IMG/VR virus record: IMGVR_UViG_3300001200_000012
Span: 1,483 to 65,482 of that record
From: a virus
Length of the DNA stretch: 64,000 nucleotides
Direction: 5' to 3' (one strand)
A program made the position numbers and the translations under genes. Below the pieces are notes generated by a model. It was not told the DNA's origin. It saw only the letters and a program-made list of their open reading frames with translations, and did no database searches. Shown one piece after another: positions 17,812 to 27,297 of this stretch (position 1 is the first letter of the stretch; the number at the start of each line of letters is the position of its first letter).

Positions 17812-18290
17812 TTCATTCTCCCAGGCAAGCGCTTGGGTGGTGTGTGTTCATAGCTCGCTTTCCCAGTCCGGGTCTTTATATAACAACCAGCTCCATGGCT
17901 TGCGCAATACGAACCGCGTTCAACGGGACGCCCACAATACAACTCCCCTATCATATAGCGGCAATCGTTCTCACCTAAGTCCATAAGAGTACGCAGGGGG
18001 AACGGTTGGTCACTTCCGTAATAACGCTTAACGGGTTTTGGAATTGACTGTATAGCGGGTTGGCGAGATACCGCGCGCCGCCGCGCTGGATTAGCAGCTT
18101 TGCGCGCTCCCGGCTTAGAAAGTTGTTTTGTTTTTGATTTTACAACGCCTTCAAAATAATCAGGATTGCGGTGAACTAATCCAGAAACGGTTCCAACGGA
18201 CAAGCCAAGAGACTTGCCCGCTGCTCTTTGGGACCCAAGGCGCTCAATCGCGTCCCTCAGAGGTTTCAGACGTGGGTCAGTCTTCGACAA
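17808..18290 (-). CDS. gcrA: GcrA-like cell-cycle regulator homolog
   Basis: N-terminal HTH (SQRAAGKSLGLSVGTVSGLVHR) and C-terminal TLMDLGENDCRYMIG..YCG...SYCASH; TTG start inferred. Confidence 0.7.
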   Translation of the reverse strand: MSKTDPRLKPLRDAIERLGSQRAAGKSLGLSVGTVSGLVHRNPDYFEGVVKSKTKQLSKPGARKAANPARRRAVSRQPAIQSIPKPVKRYYGSDQPFPLRTLMDLGENDCRYMIGELYCGRPVERGSYCASHGAGCYIKTRTGKASYEHTPPKRLPGRMK

Positions 18291-18594
18291 CGTCAACCCC
18301 CACTTCACCGAACGCAAACTGATATTCATATTCCAAAATGTCGTCAGCACGGTCACCCGAATAGCGCCACTTGCCCCCGGCGAAGTCACCTTCAGCGTCA
18401 ATATTAGTTTCAGTTGTTATTGACTTCTCCGGCAGTCCTAGACGTAACTCCAGATTGCGTGCGCCCAGGACAACGCCACGGTCCGCTTCTTCCCGCGTCA
18501 ATTTCCTATCGCCGCCGGGTGATTGCGTAGCGTTCAAGAACCCTTCGCAAGTATGAGCTACTGTTTTAAATAGCTCTGGTGTAATCTTAAACAT
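18277..18594 (-). CDS. hypothetical protein
   Basis: SD GGAG upstream; tiles in the operon. Confidence 0.6.
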   Translation of the reverse strand: MFKITPELFKTVAHTCEGFLNATQSPGGDRKLTREEADRGVVLGARNLELRLGLPEKSITTETNIDAEGDFAGGKWRYSGDRADDILEYEYQFAFGEVGVDVVED

Positions 18595-18643
18595 ATCAAT
18601 GCTCCTGTGGCGCTTGTTAATTATAACGAGCTGATGCGCCTGG

Positions 18644-19030
18644 TCAGTCCGTTATTACGTCCGTGATAACGTAGCTTGTAGCGCGTCCGCAGATGTCCGG
18701 CAATATAAACTCTCCATAGGTGAGAGTGACAACTTCAGCACTCCGTTGGGCGGTCTTTATTTTATTCACCACTGTTTCATCAGTGACCGAAAATTCAAAG
18801 ATGTTAGCCACGACACTCGTTGAAGTGCTGGTATGTCCGTCTGAATCAGTGTTGGTTGACTTTTTCGTCTTCAAGCCACCCAAGAGCATTTCGCCTTCCC
18901 AGGTCTTACAGAGCAGACCTTTGTTGGAGAGCTTATTCACCACTCCAGTCCGTTCCCCGTCCGAATAAACGCCGCACGCGGTAAGCATCGGGATAACCGC
19001 TGCCATCATTAATAGTTTACGCATTTTCAA
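18644..19030 (-). CDS. conserved phage lipoprotein
   Basis: Lipobox MLTAC; YSDGERTGVVNKLSNKGLLCKTWEG family pattern. Confidence 0.7.
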   Translation of the reverse strand: MKMRKLLMMAAVIPMLTACGVYSDGERTGVVNKLSNKGLLCKTWEGEMLLGGLKTKKSTNTDSDGHTSTSTSVVANIFEFSVTDETVVNKIKTAQRSAEVVTLTYGEFILPDICGRATSYVITDVITD

Positions 19031-19232
19031 CTCCTGCGATTAGTTTCATTGTTCCGATATAATCCCAAAACCAAGGCGCTGCTATCGGCTTCACCACCAT
19101 GTTATTCGTTGCGTCATACCAACGCCCCTCAAGGAAGAAGGCACGCATGGTACCAACTTCCCCAGAGCAGGAGACGGTGTAACAGTCATCCGGTTGTTCT
19201 TCGCTGGTAAATTTAACCGCCACTAAGAACAC
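19017..19232 (-). CDS. hypothetical protein
   Basis: Tiles in the operon. Confidence 0.5.
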   Translation of the reverse strand: MFLVAVKFTSEEQPDDCYTVSCSGEVGTMRAFFLEGRWYDATNNMVVKPIAAPWFWDYIGTMKLIAGVENA

Positions 19233-19698
19233 TCTGGATGTCTGCTGGCCGGAAGTCCTTTGACTTCACCACCCGGCCTGAATCGTCAATGATGGGCTTC
19301 CCATCTTCTAGCTTAGACATATTGGCGCGGTGTATTTCGTCCGCAGCAGCTTCGCGATAGTCCTGAAGCCCGTAGCTTAGAAACGTCCCCTTGACTACAT
19401 AGTCCAGGTCCGTCAGCTCTGCTAGAAGTCTCGCTGGGTTAAACCCTGTTGCCATCTCGTGAATAACTTCTGCTAGTTCTTCAACCATAAGTTGAGCGCG
19501 TACTATCACCAAGCCTTCCTCTGTTCGTCCAGCTTTATTACTTCTGGCGGCTTCAAGCTTCAATTGTTTAGCGTTCGCTTCCAGGTCTAACTTTACGTTC
19601 AAGAGCAACTGGGAAGCCGCTGTATGTGTATCCAACATGCGCGGCTTGGGTTCGATATGACAACCGAACACTTCATGAAATTCTCTTACGCGGTCCAT
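19213..19698 (-). CDS. MazG/HisE-like nucleoside triphosphate pyrophosphohydrolase (candidate dUTPase)
   Basis: VREFHEVFG, LMVEELAE, LTDLDYV, EIHRANMSK, GRVVK. Confidence 0.8.
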   Translation of the reverse strand: MDRVREFHEVFGCHIEPKPRMLDTHTAASQLLLNVKLDLEANAKQLKLEAARSNKAGRTEEGLVIVRAQLMVEELAEVIHEMATGFNPARLLAELTDLDYVVKGTFLSYGLQDYREAAADEIHRANMSKLEDGKPIIDDSGRVVKSKDFRPADIQSVLSGG

Positions 19699-20027
19699 TA
19701 CATTAAACCCCCGCCACCACCAAGGATAGCTCCCAGAATGCCGCCTAAGCCGCCGCCGGGTCCGTGGTGTCCGTCTTCTTCGATAACTACCAATCCCGTA
19801 GCCTCAAACAATTCGTGATTAGAACAGCAACACTTCTTGCCGTCCAACAAAGGATTGATTTCAGCTTCCAGCGCGTTAGCTTCGTCCCGGAACGTCTTAG
19901 CCGCCGCCTTATGCTCACGCGCGTGGCGCTCGCTCATCTCTGCCATTACGCGCTTGGCGCTCTTCTGCATCTTCAGACGCTCAACCGCGAGTTTGTACGC
20001 TGGATGGTCTTCCTTAATATGAATCAT
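19698..20027 (-). CDS. hypothetical protein
   Basis: SD motif at 20034; Gly-rich hydrophobic C-terminus. Confidence 0.65.
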   Translation of the reverse strand: MIHIKEDHPAYKLAVERLKMQKSAKRVMAEMSERHAREHKAAAKTFRDEANALEAEINPLLDGKKCCCSNHELFEATGLVVIEEDGHHGPGGGLGGILGAILGGGGGLM

Positions 20028-20081
20028 GTTTAACTCCTTTTCTCTATTCCTACTTATCCCCGGTTGCTATCCCCGTCTAGT

Positions 20082-22442
20082 CTAAAAAGGTGATTCACTA
20101 TCATCGTCTATTGTTTCAACCTGCGGCGGCGCGTTCCAATCGGTCTTCGTCCCAAATGTCTTGTCCCATATCTTGCGACAATCCTCAAGAGACGGGAACA
20201 GATAAACGTATGGCCTGACGTTCTTCTCTCGCGTCATTCCCGTTGCTGGGTCTTGCTCCTCAATCGTCATAGCGATTTGCTTGCTTTGTAATCCTGGGAT
20301 TGAACCCCGAAGGAATTTGCCCAAAGCAGGGGGTGATGCGCGGTGGAAGTACCTTTGGGCATCACAGAACGCTATATAATCCTTAAAGACTGCCTTGGTA
20401 GTGACGTTCCGTTCCCACTCATCGAATTTATCAATCTGGGTCCCTTCAACAAGGCGAGAATACCACCATGTTTGCTCCGGCGATAGGCTCAACATTTTTT
20501 GGTCGCCCAGGGCTTCGGTCTTCGGAACGTCCCGGACGTTGAAGTTGGATATGTCTAACGTCATGAGGTAATGAAGCAATGCCTCATAGCCGCCGCTCTC
20601 CATTTCCTTTTTCACAGAGCTGAAGTAAGCCGTGTTCTGCATCTTCTCATTAGATACATCCAATACAAAATAGCGTCTTTCTTCCTGGTTAGCCGGAACA
20701 ACCCAATCGGAGTTAGACGCCATCAAGATGTGAGTGAAGTTCGGACCCGGCGCGGCGTCCACGCCCTTCCGTTCAACCATCAACATACTCTCTGTTACGA
20801 GCGCCTTCAGTACGCCTTCGTGAGCCTTGTCTCCGGCGAAGAACGCCTCATCAGCAAACAGTACAATACAATCACGCAAGTGGTAATTGAATTGACCGAC
20901 AAGATGCTTGGAGTTGGAAACTTGAAGGAAGTGTCGCCCCCAAAGCTTACCGAAGGCGTTGATGAACGTACCTTTACCCGTCCCCTGCTTTCCGCGAAGT
21001 ACAACAGCAACCTCACCTTGGGTAGCTGGTTTTTGGACGCAACGCGCGAGCCACTGTATTAAGTAATTGTAATACTCTTCATTGCCGTTACATATAATTG
21101 TTTTGAGGTGGTTGAGGAACTTCTCACACTTCCCTGGCAATGGTTGGAAGTTAAATCCTTGCCAGAGGTTGTAGCTGTTATCAATCTCCCGGTTCGGAGC
21201 GAATATGATGTTGTCGTATTGACGCCGGAGCGGATGCTTCAACCACCACTTCCCGGCGGGTTCGTATATTGGACGCCCATCCTTGTCAGAGCCAATCTCA
21301 ACCTTTTGATTCATATAGCGGTTTCTGAAGTCTTCGAAGGTCTGCATTGATATACGCGAACGCTCCAACACTTCATCGTACACTTCAGAGATAACGCGAC
21401 ACTTGCCACCTATATCAGAGATGACAGCGAACTTTTCATTCAAAAGACGCAACCAGGGTTCCTCAACTTCTTCCTTGGCACGCTGTATTTGACGCGCAGC
21501 ATAGTTCCGGGACCGCTTCTGCTTCCGGGTATGCTCACTGATACCAAAGTCAGGGTCTAAGATAATTGACGCAATCGTATCATCATCCACGCCAGCGCGA
21601 ATAAGCATACAACAGACGCCAAAGACAGCTTCTGACTTGCTGGAATATCTTGTTGGGTCTTCCGGGTCATCCCCTTGAACTATAATCGCCTTCAATCGAA
21701 GGTTGACACCTTCGGGCAGGTCTTCTAAGTCAACAGGCGCGAGATTGCCCGACAACTCAACTTTAGCGCTACCGCCGGGTGTATCTTTCGTTTGGATACG
21801 TGGCGCACAAACGAACGAAGCAAGCGGGTGTACAGCTTCTTCTTCCCAGACAGTCTCTGCAAGGATGGTTGTCCGCTCCGGGTTCTTCTTCAGCTTCTTC
21901 TCACCGGGAATATTGTATGTGCCGGGGAGACGCATAATGCGGTCCAGGTTGTGGCAGTTATCGCCCCCGGTCTGTTGGGCCACCTGTATGTTGTAACCTT
22001 CCAGCTCTTCAATAGCGCCTAAGTCCCCGCCCACGAAGACAGGAGCATCCAAGCGCCAAAAAGCTTGATAGCCGCCGCCGGAGAATATAACACAAGACGG
22101 ACGCGGCTTGAAGTCTTCAAGGGTCTTCAATATCCGGGTCTGTTCGTCCGCGAACTTCTCACCCTTAGCCGGGTCCACGTCAACGTGAAGCCAAGCCATC
22201 TCTTCAACGTCTGTCTTCTTCGCCTTGCTTTTAATTTCGGACCGAGGCGGGTTGACCATAAAGTAAAGGTTGTTTTTACCGTTATGTTTATCAATCCATT
22301 CGCACATAGCCTTTTCGGTCTTTGGTTCAAAATACGCGGTCCAGGTCTTCCCCCCATCCGGCGGGATAGCGGTCAGGACCCAAGGACCTTTCGGCGCGAA
22401 GTAGCGAAGGAAGCGGCGTGCTGTTTTTGTTTCGTCTTTCAT
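20082..22442 (-). CDS. primase-helicase (RepB-like primase plus SF3/NrS-1-type helicase)
   Basis: WLHVDVDP, FSGGGYQAFW, RIMRLPGTYN; Walker A GKQGTGKG; LFADEA. Confidence 0.9.
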   Translation of the reverse strand: MKDETKTARRFLRYFAPKGPWVLTAIPPDGGKTWTAYFEPKTEKAMCEWIDKHNGKNNLYFMVNPPRSEIKSKAKKTDVEEMAWLHVDVDPAKGEKFADEQTRILKTLEDFKPRPSCVIFSGGGYQAFWRLDAPVFVGGDLGAIEELEGYNIQVAQQTGGDNCHNLDRIMRLPGTYNIPGEKKLKKNPERTTILAETVWEEEAVHPLASFVCAPRIQTKDTPGGSAKVELSGNLAPVDLEDLPEGVNLRLKAIIVQGDDPEDPTRYSSKSEAVFGVCCMLIRAGVDDDTIASIILDPDFGISEHTRKQKRSRNYAARQIQRAKEEVEEPWLRLLNEKFAVISDIGGKCRVISEVYDEVLERSRISMQTFEDFRNRYMNQKVEIGSDKDGRPIYEPAGKWWLKHPLRRQYDNIIFAPNREIDNSYNLWQGFNFQPLPGKCEKFLNHLKTIICNGNEEYYNYLIQWLARCVQKPATQGEVAVVLRGKQGTGKGTFINAFGKLWGRHFLQVSNSKHLVGQFNYHLRDCIVLFADEAFFAGDKAHEGVLKALVTESMLMVERKGVDAAPGPNFTHILMASNSDWVVPANQEERRYFVLDVSNEKMQNTAYFSSVKKEMESGGYEALLHYLMTLDISNFNVRDVPKTEALGDQKMLSLSPEQTWWYSRLVEGTQIDKFDEWERNVTTKAVFKDYIAFCDAQRYFHRASPPALGKFLRGSIPGLQSKQIAMTIEEQDPATGMTREKNVRPYVYLFPSLEDCRKIWDKTFGTKTDWNAPPQVETIDDDSESPF

Positions 22443-23032
22443 TGTTCCCAGTACCAGATGAGGTCATTGACACTCAAGTTCTCATTTTCTTGTCCCATTT
22501 CCACGTCTAAAATATCGCTAGGATAATAGACCCGCCCATTGAGAAAATTATCCTGAACAATATCCATAGGCGTCTTCATACTCCGAACGCGCATCCAACG
22601 ACACTTCTGTGCTGCCGTCATAGCGTCCAGGTCTTCCGTAAGCCAGGGGAGCATTTCTTTTATAACGTCTTTCACTAATCCTCTATGGTGAACGAGTGCT
22701 AGGGACTTCAACGTCAAATAATTTTCTCTGCCTACGTGATGGAACGCAGTAAAAGCATCGAACAGCATCCAGTCATGCTTCACCTTCAGCATAAGGAGAG
22801 ACACACCGCCAGCGTGCCAGCGCCGGAAGCCCCAAGTGCGTTGCTGTTGAGTGTAGTGGTCTAATTGAAGCACCCCGCCACGAACAGGCCAAGTGCGTGC
22901 AAACTTTAATTCAACCCAACCCCCGATATATTCAACATCAGGTATTCCATCCGGTTCCCGCGTCTCAACCCGGACCGGGTCAAGCTTCCGCATCTGGGGA
23001 CGGATTTGAGACCACATATTGTTCTCACTCAC
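22439..23032 (-). CDS. PD-(D/E)XK nuclease, Holliday junction resolvase-like
   Basis: E...GIPDV...WVELK...QQ..W motif. Confidence 0.7.
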   Translation of the reverse strand: MSENNMWSQIRPQMRKLDPVRVETREPDGIPDVEYIGGWVELKFARTWPVRGGVLQLDHYTQQQRTWGFRRWHAGGVSLLMLKVKHDWMLFDAFTAFHHVGRENYLTLKSLALVHHRGLVKDVIKEMLPWLTEDLDAMTAAQKCRWMRVRSMKTPMDIVQDNFLNGRVYYPSDILDVEMGQENENLSVNDLIWYWEQ

Positions 23033-23508
23033 GACCTCGCCTCTTGTGGACCGTATTCTTGATTTTGGTATTTACCGTCATAGGGTTTATCAACAGGTTC
23101 GTCAGTGCGGTGAAATATGACTTGGGCTATTCCCTGACCTTCAATCAACTGAATTAGTTTATCACCAATATTCTTAATTTCAAGTGTCAACCAACCTTCC
23201 CAACCCGGCTCAATAACTGTGTTTTGTACAGTGACGCCACGGCGTGCCCATGAAGATTTATCGTGAACAATCCCCACTACGTCAGTTGGCATCTTGAACC
23301 GTTCTTTTGTCGCGGCTAGTATAAATTCCCCCGGCGCGAGATTGTAGTGGCGTGGTTGGTCTTCAGGCTTATAACCTTGCTCGCCCAAGACAAGGCGTAC
23401 ATCATACCCCGCCGGACCTATACCGAACGTTGTGCCGCTTTCCTTCGTCCGCTCTGCGAAGGGTTCAAGTATATTAGACTTGCGAATTGTTTGACCTGAT
23501 AATATCAT
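23029..23508 (-). CDS. dcd: dCTP deaminase
   Basis: PAGYDVRL, HDKSSWARRG, IEPGWEGWLTLE, GIAQVIF; start at the ATGA overlap. Confidence 0.9.
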   Translation of the reverse strand: MILSGQTIRKSNILEPFAERTKESGTTFGIGPAGYDVRLVLGEQGYKPEDQPRHYNLAPGEFILAATKERFKMPTDVVGIVHDKSSWARRGVTVQNTVIEPGWEGWLTLEIKNIGDKLIQLIEGQGIAQVIFHRTDEPVDKPYDGKYQNQEYGPQEARS

Positions 23509-24110
23509 TTTGCTCTGCTCCATTTCTGTAACGTCCATTTAACTTCAAGACTTTTATCGTACACAATTAAAAATCTCTGCTTTTGACTTCTGGGACGCCA
23601 CTCACCATCCACGCCTTTCGTCTTCCCTCTTTGATGTTTTACGAAAGTTCCGTCTTTTTGTTTTATCCAAAAGTCTTTCTTTGGTGTTGTTAATCCGTAG
23701 TAGCTGAAATTAGAAGCGGCATAAACAATTCCTTGGTGATGTTCACAATCTGCGTAACTTAATACAGCTCTTACTTTTTCGTTTCTCCGTAAAGTCTTTA
23801 TAGCTTTTGATATAAACCAACTTGCTAAATTATGCTCATAATTCTGAACAACAGGGTCTAGTACCAATCTTGATAATTCCCAAAAACCTTCCTGTTCTGT
23901 TCGGTCTAAACCAAAGCATCCTTTCACTAATTCAGGCACAGGGAACCCCGTAAATATACAAACGCCAACCAAAGCGTCCCCTAGATACAATCCGCAGTTC
24001 ACTCCGCTTTTGAAGTTTCCCGTCTTTCTAGTTATGTAGTGAAAAGACTTCAATAAGCCCCTACATTGTTTCTGACTTACTAATTTTATACGATAGTCAG
24101 ATTTACTCAT
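23505..24110 (-). CDS. Mom-like GNAT-fold DNA-modification protein
   Basis: FHY, WELSRL, LSYADCEHHQGIVYAASNFSYYG match the Mom-family pattern; visibly AT-rich. Confidence 0.75.
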   Translation of the reverse strand: MSKSDYRIKLVSQKQCRGLLKSFHYITRKTGNFKSGVNCGLYLGDALVGVCIFTGFPVPELVKGCFGLDRTEQEGFWELSRLVLDPVVQNYEHNLASWFISKAIKTLRRNEKVRAVLSYADCEHHQGIVYAASNFSYYGLTTPKKDFWIKQKDGTFVKHQRGKTKGVDGEWRPRSQKQRFLIVYDKSLEVKWTLQKWSRAK

Positions 24111-26086
24111 TCTTTAATCTCCCCCCAGCTAGGTCCCAATCCAACGTCAACCGCTGATGGGACGCCTAAGTTGTATGCGCCGCGCATAATCTCTGCGCCA
24201 AGGTTCGCTTGCGCTTCACTCTCCGCAGAGAAGTCAAATTCATCGTGAACCTGTAGTTGCAGCGGAATGCCGGCAGCATCCATCTCAACCATAGCGCGTT
24301 TCGTCTGGTCTGCGGAACTTCCTTGGATAAGACGATTCAAGCCTTTGTGAGCCCAATCGAAGTTTCCGAAGTCATCTTTGGGGAACCTACAACGCCGCCC
24401 GGAGAGCGTCTTCACATATCCCTTCTCCTTAGCACGTTTCTCCAGAGCCTTAGCCATAGCGCGCACGTAAGGCACGTTACGGTCAACCTTATCCAACATA
24501 GCCTGTCCTTCGGCTCCGGCGCGCTCGTACATATAGCCCCGCTTGTGCTTAACGACATCAACAGGCAGTCCGATTGAGCGGCATAGCTTAGGACCGCCCA
24601 TGCCATAGCAAATCCCCAGAAAGATATTCTTACAGCGGTCACGCGCTTGTTTAAACGTCTTACCGCCTGTAGCTTCGTCCCCGGCAATCATAGCGTCCAC
24701 AGCTTCATCTCCGTACACGAGACGGGTGAACATCGTATGATTATCCATTGTAGGGTCAGCATGGAAGCGCGCTTGGGCCACCAAGGCTCTATCGTGGGCT
24801 TGAATACCAATCCACTTCCGCGCCAACACGGCGAAGTGGAGCAGCATGCGCGGCTCTTGTTGGGAGTAGTCTAGCTGTGCCCAGATAGCGTCCTGGTCTG
24901 ACACGTATATCGAACGCCACATGGGTCCAATCTCCGGGTCACGAGCAGGTTGCTGTTGTAAGTTCGGGTTGGAACAAGAAAGACGCCCATAAGCAGCTCC
25001 CTCTGTTGCTGTTTCATCATCGTCCTTTTGCCGCCGGAGCTGATTGAAGGTACAATGTATGCGGCCATTGACTGAGTGACGCCGAACACTATTAACGAAC
25101 GTAGTACGAAGCTGGCTCATCTTCCGCGCGCGCCGGAGAATGTCAGCGGCTGGGTGGTCAATCTGTGCCATAACGTCTTTGGTGATAGACCACTTACCAG
25201 TTGCGGTTGTTGGTAAGTTAATCCCAACAGCGAGAAGCGCCGGAGCTACCACGTTGACTTTCATCGTATCGCCTTGCTTCACGCGGACACCAGTATGTCT
25301 ATGAAGTTCGGCTAGGGCTTTAGTCTCTTCAGCAATCGCCCAGTTCTCAACTTTGTCTAGCCTGTCAGAGTCAATAGCTACGCCCCTGCGTCTCATCTTA
25401 ACGAGAACGGGCAAGCAATCACTCTCTAAGTCGTAAACCTCATTCAGATTATAGCGGGACAGCTCTGCTTCCTGCTTCACTATAACCCGGAGCGGCATTG
25501 CCGCGTCTTCTTCCGCGTAGGGTCCAACATAGCGCGCCGGGAGCTTCCAGAGATATTTTTTATATTCATTCGGCTTGAAGCCGTAAGCCGCGCACGCCTT
25601 CTTGAATAACACTTCTTCCTTACCTTCTTCACCCCACGTCTGCGATATGCGTTGAAGACTGTAGCTCATCTGAAGTTCGTCAATTAAAGGTTCAGCAACT
25701 TGAACGTCCCGGAAGCGCTTCACGTTTCTGAAAACAATTCCGTCTTCAGCCAGCATGTCTATATCGTATTGAAGATTAGCTCCGACAATCTCACCATCGT
25801 AATGATAGGCTTGGTAGCGCAGATATTCCAAGACCTTCTCCGGGTCCATATTGTCGCCACCCAGGTGTCTTATCGGGAGATAAAACTTGGTGTTGTCGTC
25901 AAACGCAAAGGACGTGCCAACCATATAGGCATCTTTCCGGCGCGCGCCGCAACCTAATTGTTTCAGCTTTTCGTCCCTTGTTTCCGTGTCCAATCCCACT
26001 CGCGGAATACCACGCCAGTCAGGAAGGTCAGAGAGTGAAGGAGAACGCCAAGTTGATTCAGGTGGAAATAGTGTTCCTTGAAGCAA
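24107..26086 (-). CDS. family A DNA polymerase with 3'-5' exonuclease
   Basis: ExoI LDTET; GRLSCSNPNLQQ; motif A DYSQQEPR; motif B RCKNIFLGICYG; motif C QVHDE. Confidence 0.95.
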   Translation of the reverse strand: MLQGTLFPPESTWRSPSLSDLPDWRGIPRVGLDTETRDEKLKQLGCGARRKDAYMVGTSFAFDDNTKFYLPIRHLGGDNMDPEKVLEYLRYQAYHYDGEIVGANLQYDIDMLAEDGIVFRNVKRFRDVQVAEPLIDELQMSYSLQRISQTWGEEGKEEVLFKKACAAYGFKPNEYKKYLWKLPARYVGPYAEEDAAMPLRVIVKQEAELSRYNLNEVYDLESDCLPVLVKMRRRGVAIDSDRLDKVENWAIAEETKALAELHRHTGVRVKQGDTMKVNVVAPALLAVGINLPTTATGKWSITKDVMAQIDHPAADILRRARKMSQLRTTFVNSVRRHSVNGRIHCTFNQLRRQKDDDETATEGAAYGRLSCSNPNLQQQPARDPEIGPMWRSIYVSDQDAIWAQLDYSQQEPRMLLHFAVLARKWIGIQAHDRALVAQARFHADPTMDNHTMFTRLVYGDEAVDAMIAGDEATGGKTFKQARDRCKNIFLGICYGMGGPKLCRSIGLPVDVVKHKRGYMYERAGAEGQAMLDKVDRNVPYVRAMAKALEKRAKEKGYVKTLSGRRCRFPKDDFGNFDWAHKGLNRLIQGSSADQTKRAMVEMDAAGIPLQLQVHDEFDFSAESEAQANLGAEIMRGAYNLGVPSAVDVGLGPSWGEIKE

Positions 26087-26366
26087 TTGCTTTCCTCATG
26101 TTCAGTATTTTTGTTTTGAATGTTTCGTCATATGACTCTTGAGCGTTTACTTGCTCAACAGCGTGCCTGACGGTTGTTCGGTCCCGTTTGAAAACTTCTC
26201 CAGTCTTCGTGAGGTTCCTTGAATTACACCAGTGAAGATACATCGCAATGCGTCTCTGTTGGGCGTGTTCAGACGTCCCTCGCGTGTCTGAAAGAATATC
26301 AGAAAAGGACCCGCCCCCGGTCCGCTCTAATACTACTTCAAGCAGGTTCTTTAGTTGTGGTGTCAC
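26058..26366 (-). CDS. DnaA domain IV-like helix-turn-helix protein
   Basis: RRIAMYL...LTKTGEVFKRDRTTVRHAVEQV resembles the DnaA C-terminal signature; GTG start at the overlap. Confidence 0.7.
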   Translation of the reverse strand: MTPQLKNLLEVVLERTGGGSFSDILSDTRGTSEHAQQRRIAMYLHWCNSRNLTKTGEVFKRDRTTVRHAVEQVNAQESYDETFKTKILNMRKAIASRNTIST

Positions 26367-26752
26367 GCTTTCTCCTGTTCGAAAATAAACTTGGTGAGAA
26401 GCGTGTGAGCACCTTGCCAATCAATCGGTTCAGTACAGTACATCAAGATGTGAACAATCTCGCGTTCTGGCTTCGTCAGCTCTGGGTAACCATCTAGCAA
26501 TTGCTGTATTAGTTTAATCCGCTCTGCGCCATCAATTCGGAACGTAGCTGATTCATCATTCTCAATCGCCTTCTGAATATAGTGAATTGACTTCTTTAAA
26601 TCCTCAAGCCCGTTCTTACGTCTCCAGCGGACAATATACTTTGTAGCGCAGCCCAACAGATACTCCGGGCCATACAAATCAACCATTGCGTCCCAGTGTT
26701 GGTATTCTGTCTTGTAGTGTTCGCCACCTACTTGAATATCATTCGCCTTCAT
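26363..26752 (-). CDS. DUF3310/SaV-like protein (putative nucleotide kinase family)
   Basis: QVGGEHYK...ATKYIVRWRRKNGLEDLKKSIHY. Confidence 0.8.
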   Translation of the reverse strand: MKANDIQVGGEHYKTEYQHWDAMVDLYGPEYLLGCATKYIVRWRRKNGLEDLKKSIHYIQKAIENDESATFRIDGAERIKLIQQLLDGYPELTKPEREIVHILMYCTEPIDWQGAHTLLTKFIFEQEKA

Positions 26753-27297
26753 GCGTCTAGCTCCGTTAATGATTCAGTCAACCGGAGCGCTTTGCCGTCC
26801 CGGTAGCGGCTCCAAACGTCCGTAAAGACTTGAGGCCAATCTTGTTTTGATGCCCAGCCCTCAACGTCCGATAAAAGCTGTTGGGCGGCATAGTTTCCTT
26901 GCTGCATAGTTTCTTCGTATGCCCAAAGGAGAAGTTCGAGGACGTCACACCAGTATATCCACTGTGCTTCTTCATCTGTAAGTTCGTAATCCGTACCCAT
27001 GGCGTTATGAACTGATTCCTCATGATGGTTTATAACGTTACGGGATACAACGCCGGACTTTTTCACTTGAGACGGAATGTCTCCAACAAGGCGCTCCGGC
27101 GTATCGTGAAAGATAGCAGCGGCGATAACTTCCGCACGCGGCAACTCTCCGTGATGCTCCATCCACGTTAGGATAACTAAGCCGGAAACATCTTGCGAGT
27201 GATGTCCAACGGGATAGGGACGCTGATGCGGCACCATATGGCACCGCTCAATTCGGTTCGCTTCCCGGAACAGCTGAACCTTAACTGGAAGCTTCAT
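26749..27297 (-). CDS. HD-domain 5'-deoxynucleotidase (YfbR-like)
   Basis: RCH...VGHHS...AIFHDTPE...GDIP...CDVLE. Confidence 0.8.
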   Translation of the reverse strand: MKLPVKVQLFREANRIERCHMVPHQRPYPVGHHSQDVSGLVILTWMEHHGELPRAEVIAAAIFHDTPERLVGDIPSQVKKSGVVSRNVINHHEESVHNAMGTDYELTDEEAQWIYWCDVLELLLWAYEETMQQGNYAAQQLLSDVEGWASKQDWPQVFTDVWSRYRDGKALRLTESLTELDA

